DNA from: Candidatus Electronema halotolerans
Lineage (GTDB): Bacteria; Desulfobacterota; Desulfobulbia; Desulfobulbales; Desulfobulbaceae
Direction: 5' to 3'
DNA length: 32,000 bases
NCBI GenBank assembly: GCA_942493095.1
Contig: OW818675.1
Coordinates: 900,001-932,000 of the forward strand
Made by a program: the position numbers and the translations under genes. This document shows positions 1 through 8,770 of the stretch, in pieces; the stretch's first letter is position 1; each line of letters begins with the position of its first letter. Below the pieces are notes generated by a model, which worked only from the letters and a program-made list of their open reading frames with translations, searched no databases and had not been told where the DNA came from.

Positions 1-2
1 CA

Positions 3-155
3 GAAAATGTCTGGCTTGCGGAAAAAATAGCAAAAGATAATAGGTTGATCGTATCCCGCGATACGTTCAACCGCCCTGAACATCGCTTGAACGAACCTTG
101 GCCGCCGTTTTTCGCCTCCGGCGGGCGGAAGAACGGCATGAGAAATCCGCAGTAA
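3..155 (+). CDS. Possible C-terminal tail of an upstream CDS (..ENVWLAEKIAKDNRLIVSRDTFNRPEHRLNEPWPPFFASGGRKNGMRNPQ*), open at window edge
   Basis: Frame open from position 3 to TAA at 153-155; no family recognised. Confidence 0.2.
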   Translation, partial: ENVWLAEKIAKDNRLIVSRDTFNRPEHRLNEPWPPFFASGGRKNGMRNPQ

Positions 156-179
156 GGGCAATTCATGAATTGCCCTTAC
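152..179. repeat. 28-bp perfect palindrome GTAAGGGCAATTCATGAATTGCCCTTAC
   Basis: Exact self-reverse-complementarity read directly; located just upstream of the RND gene. Confidence 0.9.
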
Positions 180-217
180 GCCAGCATACGCCAACAAGCA
201 CCCAAAGGGGGAGTCTG

Positions 218-3200
218 ATGCTCTCAAAGTTTTTCCTTGACCGGCCCGTCTTTGCTTGGGTCATTGCCATCATCATCATGACCGTGGGCGCACTGGCCAT
301 CCACCAGATGCCCATCTCCCAATATCCGCCCATTGCGCCGCCTGCCATCGCCATTGATGCTTTTTTTCCGGGCGCGTCCGCCGAGACCGTGGAGAACACC
401 GTCACTCAGATTGTCGAGCAGAAGATGACCGGGCTGGACGACATGATCTATCTCTCCGGCACCAGTTCCTCATCCGGCTCGTCGCGGGTGGAGCTGACCT
501 TTGCCGCTGGAACTGATCCTGATTTGGCCTGGGCCAAGGTGCAGAACAAGCTCCAGCTCGCCCTTGCCAGCCTGCCGGACGTGGTCCAGCGTTCTGGGGT
601 GCAGGTGAGCAAATCCACCCGCAACTGGCTGCTCATTCCGGCCCTGATCTCGGAAGACGGCAGCATGGACAGCAACGACCTCCAGGACTATGCCCAGTCC
701 AATCTGGAGAAGGTGCTGGCCCGCATCCCCGGTGTCGGTGAGGTGAATTCCTTTGGTTCTCAGTACGCCATGCGCATCTGGATCAACCCTGACAAGCTGA
801 CCAGTTACAGCCTGACCTTTGCCGACGTGATGACCGCCCTGCGCTCCTATAACGTGGAGGTCTCAGCCGGGCAGCTTGGCGGCACTCCGGCTGAGGCGGG
901 CCAGCGGCTCAATGCGCCCATTGTTGTCCAGCATCTGCTCCAGACCCCGGAGGAATTTGCCGAGATACCAATCCGTATTAACCAAGATGGCTCGGCAGTG
1001 CGGGTTAAAGATGTGGGCCGGGCTGAATTAGCCATTGAGCGCAGCGACTCGGTGGTGCGGAGCAACGGCAGGCCCGCCGCAGGCATGGCAGTGCGGCAGG
1101 CTGCCGGAGCCAATGCCTTGGCCACGGCCACTGCGATCAAGGCAAAACTGGAGGAGATGAGCAAGTTCTTCCCGCCCGGCATAAAGGTGATCTATCCCTA
1201 CGACACCACGCCCTTCACCAAGGTCTCGATTCACGAGGTGATCAAGACCCTGTTCGAGGCGATTTTTCTCGTCTTCATCATCATGTACGTGTTCATGGGC
1301 AACATCCGGGCCACGCTCATTCCGACCATTGCCGTGCCCGTGGTCCTGCTCGGCACCTTTGCCGTGCTTGGCTTTGCCGGATACTCGGTCAATATGCTGA
1401 CCATGTTCGCGATGGTTCTGGCCATTGGTCTGCTGGTGGATGATGCCATTGTCGTGGTGGAAAACGTGGAGCGCATCATGAGCGAAGAGGGATTGCCGCC
1501 CAAGCAGGCCACAGCCAAGTCTATGGACGAGATCACCAGCGCCCTGATCGGCATAGGCCTGGTCCTGTCGGCAGTCTTCGGGCCAATGGCTTTTTTCCCC
1601 GGCTCCACCGGCGTGCTCTACCGTCAGTTCTCTGTCACGCTGATTGCGGCCATGCTGTTCTCGGTGGTCGTGGCACTGATCCTGACCCCGGTGCTCTGCG
1701 CCTCCTTCCTCCGCCCGGTCAAGGCCGGACATGCGCCGTCGGAAAACGCCATATTCTTCATGCGCCCCTTCTTTGCCGTGTTCGAGTTCTTCTTCGGCGG
1801 CATCCGCAGCCTCTATGTGGGCTTTGTCGCCTTTTCCCTGAAGGTGAAATTCATCTTCATCATTTTCTATCTGCTCATTCTGGCCTTGGTCGGCTTCCTC
1901 TTCCAGCGGATGCCCACTTCCTATATCCCGGATGAGGATCAGGGCATGGTTTTGGTCCAGATCATGCTGCCTTCCGGTGCCACTCTGGAGCAGTCAGAAG
2001 CAGTGGTGACCAAGGTGCGCAACTATTTTCTGGAGCATGAAAAAGAGGCGGTGAAAAATGTCATGACCATTTCCGGCCGCAACTTCGGCGGTCAGGGCCA
2101 GAACTTAGCCATGTGCTTTGTCAAGCTCAAAGACTGGAAGGAACGGCAGCGGCCTGATCTCAAGGTCAAGCCCATTGCCGGGCGGGCGATGGGTGCCCTG
2201 TCGCAGATCAAGGAGGCCAAAATATTCGCCTTTCCGCCGCCGCCGGTGCTGGAGCTGGGCATGGCCAACGGCTTTGACTTTCAGCTCCAGGACCGGGGCG
2301 GCCTGGGGCATGAGGCGCTCACTATGGCCCGCAACCAGCTTCTTGGCATGGCTGCTCAAGACCCGCGCCTGATGGGGGTTCGGCCCAATGGCATGATGGA
2401 CACCCCGGAATACCGGGTGGATGTGAACTGGGATCGGGCTGGCGCGCTGGGCGTGCCGCTCGGTTCCATCCACAGCACCTTGGCCACAGCCTTTGGCAGC
2501 AGCTATGTCAACGACTTCATCCAAGCAGGCCGGGTCAAGAAAGTGTATGTGCAGGCGGACGCGCCGTTCCGCATGCTGCCGCAGGATATGGAGCGGCTTT
2601 ATGTTCGCAACACGGCAGGCAAGATGGTGCCCTTCTCCGCCTTTGCCGCAGGCCGCTGGAGCCTTGGCGCGCCCAAGCTGGAACGCTATAATGCCTTCCC
2701 ATCCATGAACATTCAGGGCCAGCCTGCGCCGGGCCGCAGCACTGGCGAGGCAATGGCGGCAATGGAAGAATTAGTCAGCAGGTTGCCGCAGGGCATCAGC
2801 TTTGACTGGAGCGGCCTGTCCTATCAGGAGAAAATGGCCACCAAGCAGGGGCCGATCCTCTACGCCTTTTCCATCTTTGTCATCTTCCTCTGCGTGGCAG
2901 CCCTGTACGAAAGCTGGACCATTCCCTTCGCCAACCTGCTCATGCTGCCGCTGGGCGTGTTCGGGGCCATTGTTGCCAGCTCATGGCGCGGGATGCCCAA
3001 TGATGTCTATTTCCAGATCGGCTTCCTGACCACAATGGGCCTTTCGACCAAGAACGCCATCCTGATCATCCAGTTCATCAAGGAACGGATGGGAGCAGGG
3101 CAGGGATTGATTGAAGCCACTCTGGATGCGGTCAAGACCAGGTTCCGCCCGGTCATGATGACCTCCTTAGCCTTCTTCTTCGGGGTGCTGCCCTTGGCCA

Positions 3201-3376
3201 TTGCCAACGGCGCAGGCGCAGGGGCAATGAACGCTCTGGGCACGGCAGTCTGCGGCGGCATGTTGTCGGCCACATTTATTGACCTGATCTTCATTCCGCT
3301 CTTCTTTGTCATCGTCTCGCAGCTCTTTGGCGGGAAACAGGATGCTTCTCAAAAAACGGAGGTGCAGTCGGCATGA
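218..3376 (+). CDS. RND (HAE1/AcrB-MexB type) efflux pump inner-membrane transporter
   Basis: ORF track; N-term MLSKFFLDRPVFAWVIAIIIMTVGALAI, TM4 GLLVDDAIVVVEN (Asp pair), GLSTKNAILIIQFIKE; ATG at 218 chosen over the upstream ORF start at 98. Confidence 0.96.
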   Translation: MLSKFFLDRPVFAWVIAIIIMTVGALAIHQMPISQYPPIAPPAIAIDAFFPGASAETVENTVTQIVEQKMTGLDDMIYLSGTSSSSGSSRVELTFAAGTDPDLAWAKVQNKLQLALASLPDVVQRSGVQVSKSTRNWLLIPALISEDGSMDSNDLQDYAQSNLEKVLARIPGVGEVNSFGSQYAMRIWINPDKLTSYSLTFADVMTALRSYNVEVSAGQLGGTPAEAGQRLNAPIVVQHLLQTPEEFAEIPIRINQDGSAVRVKDVGRAELAIERSDSVVRSNGRPAAGMAVRQAAGANALATATAIKAKLEEMSKFFPPGIKVIYPYDTTPFTKVSIHEVIKTLFEAIFLVFIIMYVFMGNIRATLIPTIAVPVVLLGTFAVLGFAGYSVNMLTMFAMVLAIGLLVDDAIVVVENVERIMSEEGLPPKQATAKSMDEITSALIGIGLVLSAVFGPMAFFPGSTGVLYRQFSVTLIAAMLFSVVVALILTPVLCASFLRPVKAGHAPSENAIFFMRPFFAVFEFFFGGIRSLYVGFVAFSLKVKFIFIIFYLLILALVGFLFQRMPTSYIPDEDQGMVLVQIMLPSGATLEQSEAVVTKVRNYFLEHEKEAVKNVMTISGRNFGGQGQNLAMCFVKLKDWKERQRPDLKVKPIAGRAMGALSQIKEAKIFAFPPPPVLELGMANGFDFQLQDRGGLGHEALTMARNQLLGMAAQDPRLMGVRPNGMMDTPEYRVDVNWDRAGALGVPLGSIHSTLATAFGSSYVNDFIQAGRVKKVYVQADAPFRMLPQDMERLYVRNTAGKMVPFSAFAAGRWSLGAPKLERYNAFPSMNIQGQPAPGRSTGEAMAAMEELVSRLPQGISFDWSGLSYQEKMATKQGPILYAFSIFVIFLCVAALYESWTIPFANLLMLPLGVFGAIVASSWRGMPNDVYFQIGFLTTMGLSTKNAILIIQFIKERMGAGQGLIEATLDAVKTRFRPVMMTSLAFFFGVLPLAIANGAGAGAMNALGTAVCGGMLSATFIDLIFIPLFFVIVSQLFGGKQDASQKTEVQSA

Positions 3377-4785
3377 AAAAGCTCCAGATACTGACCTTGG
3401 CCGCCCTGCTTTTGTCCGGCGGCTGCACTATGGCCCCGGAATACAGCAAGCCTGTCAGCCCGGTTCCGTCAGCATGGCCGCAGGGCGATGCCTACAAGAA
3501 ACTCAAGGATCATGCGGTCCAGCAGGTCGCAGGAATGCCGTGGCAGGACTTTTTCACCAATGCCAAGCTGCGGCAGATCATTGAAATTGCGCTCAAGAAC
3601 AATCGCGACCTGCGGGTCGCGGCCCTGAATGTGGAACGGGCGCAGGCCATGTACGGGGTCCAGCGCACCAGCATCTTTCCCTCTGCCAATGGCAGCGGCA
3701 AGCTGGAGAAGCAGCGGCTCTCCGCTGACTTGATTGAACCCGGCCAGCCGCAGACAACGGAAAAATACACCCTCAAGGCCGAGATTCCCTCATGGGAGCT
3801 GGACTTTTTTGGCCGCGTCCGCAGTCTGACCGATCAGGCCTTGGAGGAATATTTGGCCACCGAGGAAGCCCGCCGCAGCGCGGAGCTGGCTTTGATCAGC
3901 GAGACAGCCAAAGCCTATCTGACCTTGGCCGCAGATCAGGAAAACCTGAAGCTGGCACGGGCAACCTTGGAAAGCCAGCAGGATTCATACAATCTGATCG
4001 GCAAGAGCTATAAGAACGGCTTGGCCACTGAGCTTGATTTGCGCCGGGCGCAGAGCGAAGTGGAGACAGCCAAGCGGGATGTGCCCCGTTTCACCCGGCA
4101 GGTCGCTCAAGACCGGAATGCCCTGAACCTGCTGGTCGGCGCGCCAGTGGAGAAGCAGCTCCTGCCTGACCAGTTGGACAGCGTGGCCGCGCTCAAGGAG
4201 ATTGATCCCGGCCTGCCCTCAGCAGTGCTGCTCAACCGGCCTGACATTGCCGCTGCCGAGCACAAGCTCAAAGGGGCGTATGCCTATATCGGCGCGGCGC
4301 GGGCCTCAGTCTTTCCCAAGATTTCTCTGACCACTTCGGCAGGCACGGCCAGCGATGAACTGTTCGGGCTGTTCGGTTCCGGCACCGGGATATGGAGCTT
4401 TGCCCCGCAGATTGATGTGCCGATCTTTGACAACCGGGTCTGGGCAGCTTTGAAGATCAGCGAGACAGACCGGAAGATTCTGTTGGCCAAATATGAAAAA
4501 ACGGTGCAAACAGCTTTCAAGGAGGTGGCAGATGCCTTGGCTGTGCAGGGCACTATCAATGAACAACTTGCAGCGCAGGAATCCTTGCTGGAAGCAGCCG
4601 AGGCAACCTACAATCTCTCGGACAAACGCTATAATATGGGCTTAGACGGTTATCTCAGCGTATTAGATGCGCACCGCTCCCTCTATGCCCAGCAGCAGGC
4701 CCTGATTTCCCTCCGCCTGACCCGGCTGGCCAATCAGGTCACGCTTTATGCGGTGCTGGGAGGAGGACAGCAGAGCAAGAAGTGA
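3373..4785 (+). CDS. Outer-membrane efflux lipoprotein (OprM/NodT/TolC-like)
   Basis: Lipobox LLLSGGC, RAQAMYGVQRTSIFPSANGSGK and RRAQSEVETAKRD motifs; 4-nt overlap (ATGA) with the RND gene. Confidence 0.93.
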   Translation: MKKLQILTLAALLLSGGCTMAPEYSKPVSPVPSAWPQGDAYKKLKDHAVQQVAGMPWQDFFTNAKLRQIIEIALKNNRDLRVAALNVERAQAMYGVQRTSIFPSANGSGKLEKQRLSADLIEPGQPQTTEKYTLKAEIPSWELDFFGRVRSLTDQALEEYLATEEARRSAELALISETAKAYLTLAADQENLKLARATLESQQDSYNLIGKSYKNGLATELDLRRAQSEVETAKRDVPRFTRQVAQDRNALNLLVGAPVEKQLLPDQLDSVAALKEIDPGLPSAVLLNRPDIAAAEHKLKGAYAYIGAARASVFPKISLTTSAGTASDELFGLFGSGTGIWSFAPQIDVPIFDNRVWAALKISETDRKILLAKYEKTVQTAFKEVADALAVQGTINEQLAAQESLLEAAEATYNLSDKRYNMGLDGYLSVLDAHRSLYAQQQALISLRLTRLANQVTLYAVLGGGQQSKK

Positions 4786-4792
4786 AATCATC

Positions 4793-5623
4793 ATGAACAG
4801 CAAAAAGATATTCCTTGTCCTGCTGGCCGGGCTGCTGGTGAACAGCTGCTCCTCTGGCACGAACAAAAAAACACCCAAGCTGCCGGTCAGCAAACCAGAC
4901 TTGTCACTGAAGGACAGTCAGTGGCAGCTGCGCATTCTGCAGGGCAGCCGCTCCTTGGCAGAAGCGTCCATCAGTCTGCATTTTGCTCAAGGCAAGGTGA
5001 GCGGCTCGGCAGGCTGCAACAGCTATTCCGGCTTGTACAGCAAGACAAACGCGGGGACCTGCCGGTTCAGCAAGATCAATCTGACAACAAGGACGTGCCA
5101 GCCGGACAAAATCATGACGCAGGAACAGGACTTTGTCGCCGTGCTGAAGGACACGACCGCCTGTGATCTGGCGAATGACAAGCAGCAGCTCTTTCTTAAA
5201 GACAAAAAAGGGACTGTCCTTGCCATGCTCATGCCGCCGAAAAAGGTGCTGCTGGAGGAGCCGCAGGAGCTGGCAGGGACGGCGTGGCGGGCGGACAGCT
5301 TCAGCGATGGCCAAGGCGGCATGATTCAGCTTTACAGCTGGCACAGGCCGCTGACCGTCGCGTTTGGTAAAGACGGGCAACTCAGCGGTTCAGCAGGCTG
5401 CAACAGCTATTCAGCGACCTTCGCCGTTGAGCCTGCTGATTTGAGTTTCAAATTTGATATGATCCAAATGACAGCCAAGCAGTGCTGGCCGGAACGGGTC
5501 ATGGCGCAGGAAGGCAGCTTTATGGCCGCGCTCTATTCCGCCGCTTCCTATCAGCTCACAGACGACACACTGACTTTAAAGGATATTGACGGCAACGCTG
5601 CGGTGGTGCTGAAGAGACAATAA
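4793..5623 (+). CDS. Lipoprotein with two META/HslJ-like domains
   Basis: Signal peptide with lipobox (LLVNSCSS); two copies of the GSAGCNSYS motif typical of META domains. Confidence 0.75.
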   Translation: MNSKKIFLVLLAGLLVNSCSSGTNKKTPKLPVSKPDLSLKDSQWQLRILQGSRSLAEASISLHFAQGKVSGSAGCNSYSGLYSKTNAGTCRFSKINLTTRTCQPDKIMTQEQDFVAVLKDTTACDLANDKQQLFLKDKKGTVLAMLMPPKKVLLEEPQELAGTAWRADSFSDGQGGMIQLYSWHRPLTVAFGKDGQLSGSAGCNSYSATFAVEPADLSFKFDMIQMTAKQCWPERVMAQEGSFMAALYSAASYQLTDDTLTLKDIDGNAAVVLKRQ

Positions 5624-5624
5624 A

Positions 5625-6047
5625 ATGAACATGAAAATAATCCCTGCAATTCTGACAAGCTGCGTCGGGCTGCTCACATACGGATGCGCCCCGGCAACCA
5701 TTGAGGGATCATTGAACGGCAGCGAATGGACGGTGCAACGCCTGAACAACCAGCCAGTGCCGCCGAGTCCCCAGCTCACCCTCGCCTTCAGCGCGGATGG
5801 AAAAATCAGCGGTTCAGCAGGCTGCAATCCTTATGTGGGCGAATATGCCTACACCGCTGCAAGCAGGACAATCACTGTCAGCTCGATCAACAAACGGTTC
5901 AAGGCTTGTGTTCCGACTGAAGTGATGGAGCAGGAAAAAGCGTTCTTGCAGGCATTGCGGGATGCCGCCTCATATACAATGCAATGTCAGAAGATGACAC
6001 TTTTCGCTGCCGACGGCAGGGAAACAGTCGTGCTTGTCAAAGACTGA
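5625..6047 (+). CDS. META/HslJ-like domain lipoprotein
   Basis: Lipobox LLTYGCAP; SLNGSEWTVQRLNN..ISGSAGCNPYVG motif. Confidence 0.75.
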   Translation: MNMKIIPAILTSCVGLLTYGCAPATIEGSLNGSEWTVQRLNNQPVPPSPQLTLAFSADGKISGSAGCNPYVGEYAYTAASRTITVSSINKRFKACVPTEVMEQEKAFLQALRDAASYTMQCQKMTLFAADGRETVVLVKD

Positions 6048-6057
6048 AGCAGCTTTC

Positions 6058-6990
6058 CTACACCGACCCCTCTGCCATCAGCTCAGTGCTCAAGTAGCGT
6101 TCGCCGGTGTCAGGCAGGATGACGACAAGACGTTTGCCCTTGTTCTCCGGGCGGACGGCGATCTTCATTGCTGCCGCTGCTGCCGCGCCAGAGGAGATGC
6201 CGCAGAGTATGCCCTCCTGCCGGGCCAGACTGCGGGCCGCCGCCATTGCCTCTTCATTGCTGACCTGCACCACCTCGTCAAGGAGCGACCGGTCCAGCAC
6301 AGTCGGAATAAAACCAGCTCCAATGCCCTGAATTTTATGCGGCCCGGGCTGGCCGCCGGACAGCACTGGCGAGGCGGACGGCTCCACAGCAATCACGACC
6401 GCAGCCGGATTCTGCTCTTTCAGGAAACGGCCAGTGCCAGTGATGGTGCCGCCTGTGCCCACGCCAGCCACGAGAATATCGACTTTGCCGCCGCACTGCT
6501 GCCAGATTTCCGGGCCAGTGGTACGGTGGTGCATGGCCGGATTGGCGGGATTGGCGAACTGATTGGGCATCCACGAGGGCTGATGCTTGCACAACAGCTC
6601 GCGGGCGCGGGCAATGGCTCCTTTCATGCCCTCAGCACCGGGCGTGAGCACCAGCTCCGCGCCAAGAAAAGTCAGCAGCTTGCGCCGCTCCACGCTCATG
6701 GTTTCTGACATGGTCAGGATCAGCTTGTAGCCACGGACAGCGCAGACAAAGGCCAGACCAATGCCGGTGTTGCCGGAGGTCGGCTCAATCACCACGGTTT
6801 CCGGGGTCAGCAGGCCTTCCTGTTCCGCGCTTTCAATCATGGCCACAGCAACCCGGTCTTTGACGCTGCCGAGCGGATTGGCTGATTCCAGCTTGGCCAC
6901 GATTTCCGCGCCGCAGTCCGCGCCAAAGCGGTTCAGGCGCACCATCGGCGTGTTGCCGATGCTTTCGGCAAGATTGTCACAGAGTTTCAT
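6058..6990 (-). CDS. cysK: Cysteine synthase (O-acetylserine sulfhydrylase)
   Basis: [56 protein letters not shown] motifs. Confidence 0.97.
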   Translation of the reverse strand: MKLCDNLAESIGNTPMVRLNRFGADCGAEIVAKLESANPLGSVKDRVAVAMIESAEQEGLLTPETVVIEPTSGNTGIGLAFVCAVRGYKLILTMSETMSVERRKLLTFLGAELVLTPGAEGMKGAIARARELLCKHQPSWMPNQFANPANPAMHHRTTGPEIWQQCGGKVDILVAGVGTGGTITGTGRFLKEQNPAAVVIAVEPSASPVLSGGQPGPHKIQGIGAGFIPTVLDRSLLDEVVQVSNEEAMAAARSLARQEGILCGISSGAAAAAAMKIAVRPENKGKRLVVILPDTGERYLSTELMAEGSV

Positions 6991-7988
6991 TGTGCTTCGC
7001 CTCCTTTCCGGCTGGTTGCGCCGTCTTTGCCAATATAGATTAGTTCCGGCTGCTTGAGCAGCACTTTGGTGTCCGGGCCAATGCTCTTGGTCAGCCAGAC
7101 ATTGCCGCCAACAATCGAACGCGCCCCGATCACTGTGTCCCCGCCAAGGATGGTGGCATTGGCGTAAATGATTGCGTCATCCTCAATGGTTGGATGCCGT
7201 TTGGCCAGCCGCAGCTCTGGCACGGCGTTCTTGGGCAGGGAGAGCGCGCCCAGGGTCACGCCCTGATAAAGCCGCACCCGGCTGCCAATGATGCAGGTTG
7301 CGCCGACAACCACGCCTGCGCCGTGATCAATGAAGAAGGAGTCGCCAATCTGCGCGCCAGGATGAATGTCAATGGCGGTGCGGTGATAGGCGTACTCGCT
7401 CATGATGCGCGGCAGAAGCGGCACCTCCAGCTCAAAAAGCCGGTGCGCCAGTCGATAAACAAGGATGGCAAAAAAACCAGGATAGCTGAAGATGATCTCG
7501 TCCGCATTGGCTGCGGCCGGATCTCCTTCCAAGGCGGCTTTGATGTCGCCCTCCAGCGTCTCCCGCAGCTCTGGCAGCGCACGGACAAAGGCGGCGGCCA
7601 GTTCGCTGCTGCGCTCGCCGCAGAGAGAGCAGGACTGCTGGCGGCGGAAGCATTCATGGCGGATGGCGGAGCTGATCTGCTGACTGACGTTCTTATGAAA
7701 CAGGGTCAGGCTATGGCCAAGGCTGTATGCCAAGCTCGAAGGCTGGGACAGGGCCGAGCTGCTGAAATAACCGGGGAAAAGAATGCGCTGGGCCTGAAGG
7801 ATCAGGTCTATGGTCTCCCGCCGCGAGGGTATCTCGACCGGCTCAATATGACTGGACCAGCGGCGCGACATGAAGCCGTCCGTCATCTGCCTGACCACTG
7901 CCGGGATGATGTCAGCGTCCGGGGTGGCGGTGCAGCGCAGTTCTGAGGCGCAGCCGCAGCCTTCTTGGTTGTTCAGCAATGAGGGCAT
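6987..7988 (-). CDS. cysE: Serine O-acetyltransferase (EpsC/CysE type)
   Basis: Hexapeptide-repeat domain [37 protein letters not shown]; overlaps cysK by 4 nt. Confidence 0.95.
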   Translation of the reverse strand: MPSLLNNQEGCGCASELRCTATPDADIIPAVVRQMTDGFMSRRWSSHIEPVEIPSRRETIDLILQAQRILFPGYFSSSALSQPSSLAYSLGHSLTLFHKNVSQQISSAIRHECFRRQQSCSLCGERSSELAAAFVRALPELRETLEGDIKAALEGDPAAANADEIIFSYPGFFAILVYRLAHRLFELEVPLLPRIMSEYAYHRTAIDIHPGAQIGDSFFIDHGAGVVVGATCIIGSRVRLYQGVTLGALSLPKNAVPELRLAKRHPTIEDDAIIYANATILGGDTVIGARSIVGGNVWLTKSIGPDTKVLLKQPELIYIGKDGATSRKGGEAQ

Positions 7989-8017
7989 GGAAAGTTGATT
8001 GGTTTCGGTTTCCTTCT

Positions 8018-8046
8018 TGAATAGCAGGAATTGCTTCAGCTGTCAA
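8018..8046 (-). promoter_or_regulatory. Candidate sigma70 promoter for cysE-cysK (TTGACA-N17-TATTCA)
   Basis: Minus strand TTGACA (8046-8041), 17-nt spacer, TATTCA (8023-8018), 30 nt upstream of the cysE ATG. Confidence 0.6.
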
Positions 8047-8226
8047 ACAAAGAGCGCAGAACGGAATGGCAGCCGCAGCAGGCTCAATGCGCCACAATGT
8101 GGTTTTTTTACTTGACGTGCAGCAGGGCTGGGACATATCCTCAAATAAGGAGCTGCACCTTTGTTTGACCGAGCAGGACAGTAGTCTCATCTTCAAATCA
8201 AACAGCAGAAAAAAGGAGACACGCCC

Positions 8227-8703
8227 ATGGCAGCCATTCAAAATCCCCTTCTGACAATTGAGGAAATTTCTGACTTTGTGGCGCGGGTCACGGTCAGATA
8301 CACAGTGTTCCAGCATCCGCTGGAATACTGGGCCAACACCATCTACACCGAAAAGATCAGCCTGATCGGCGATGATCCGCCCTTCAACCCTGCGGCCCCG
8401 TCCGGCACAGACATGACTGTGGCCGTTTTTCCGCCTTACTCAGTGCGCAATCCCCATGCGTCGGGTGTGCCGCCAATCTTCACTTTTGAGCGGCAGCGGG
8501 TTCTGCACGTGGCCCTGAACAGTTTGGACGAAGACCCCGGTTTCACTGCCAGCGGCCTGCCGAGGCAGGATGAGGTCTTTGGCTTAATCAAACTTTACTA
8601 TGCCGCCAATGTGCCTTGGCCCTTCCTTAATCCCGGCCCTCTCCCGCAACCACCCGCAATTGCCGCCACTGCTCAGACCAACACAGTCACTGGCAGATGG
8701 TAG
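8227..8703 (+). CDS. Hypothetical protein, 158 aa
   Basis: ORF with AAAGGAG RBS-like sequence upstream, followed by a strong terminator; no family recognised. Confidence 0.6.
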   Translation: MAAIQNPLLTIEEISDFVARVTVRYTVFQHPLEYWANTIYTEKISLIGDDPPFNPAAPSGTDMTVAVFPPYSVRNPHASGVPPIFTFERQRVLHVALNSLDEDPGFTASGLPRQDEVFGLIKLYYAANVPWPFLNPGPLPQPPAIAATAQTNTVTGRW

Positions 8704-8730
8704 GAGCACCGCAACCCTGCTGACCAACCG

Positions 8731-8757
8731 CCCCGGCTCTGCCGGGGTTCTTCTTTT
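8731..8757 (+). terminator. Rho-independent terminator
   Basis: CCCCGGC-TCT-GCCGGGG (8731-8747) followed by TTCTTCTTTT. Confidence 0.85.
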
Positions 8758-8770
8758 CAGCTCTGTCGTA

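Noticed and set aside
1028-2524. Minus-strand ORFs of 234, 125 and 139 aa within the RND gene
   Set aside because: Overlap the strongly supported RND transporter on the opposite strand; low-complexity His/Gln/Gly-rich shadow translations.
6034-7946. Plus-strand ORFs of 224 aa and 250 aa opposite cysK and cysE
   Set aside because: Antisense shadows of well-supported genes.
8088-8108. CCACAATGTGG followed by a T7 tract, considered as a terminator
   Set aside because: Only about a 4-bp stem with 3-nt loop; too weak to call.
8112-8140. TTGACG-N17-ATATCC as a promoter for the 8227 ORF
   Set aside because: The -10 element is poor and there is competing TTGACC nearby; insufficient support.
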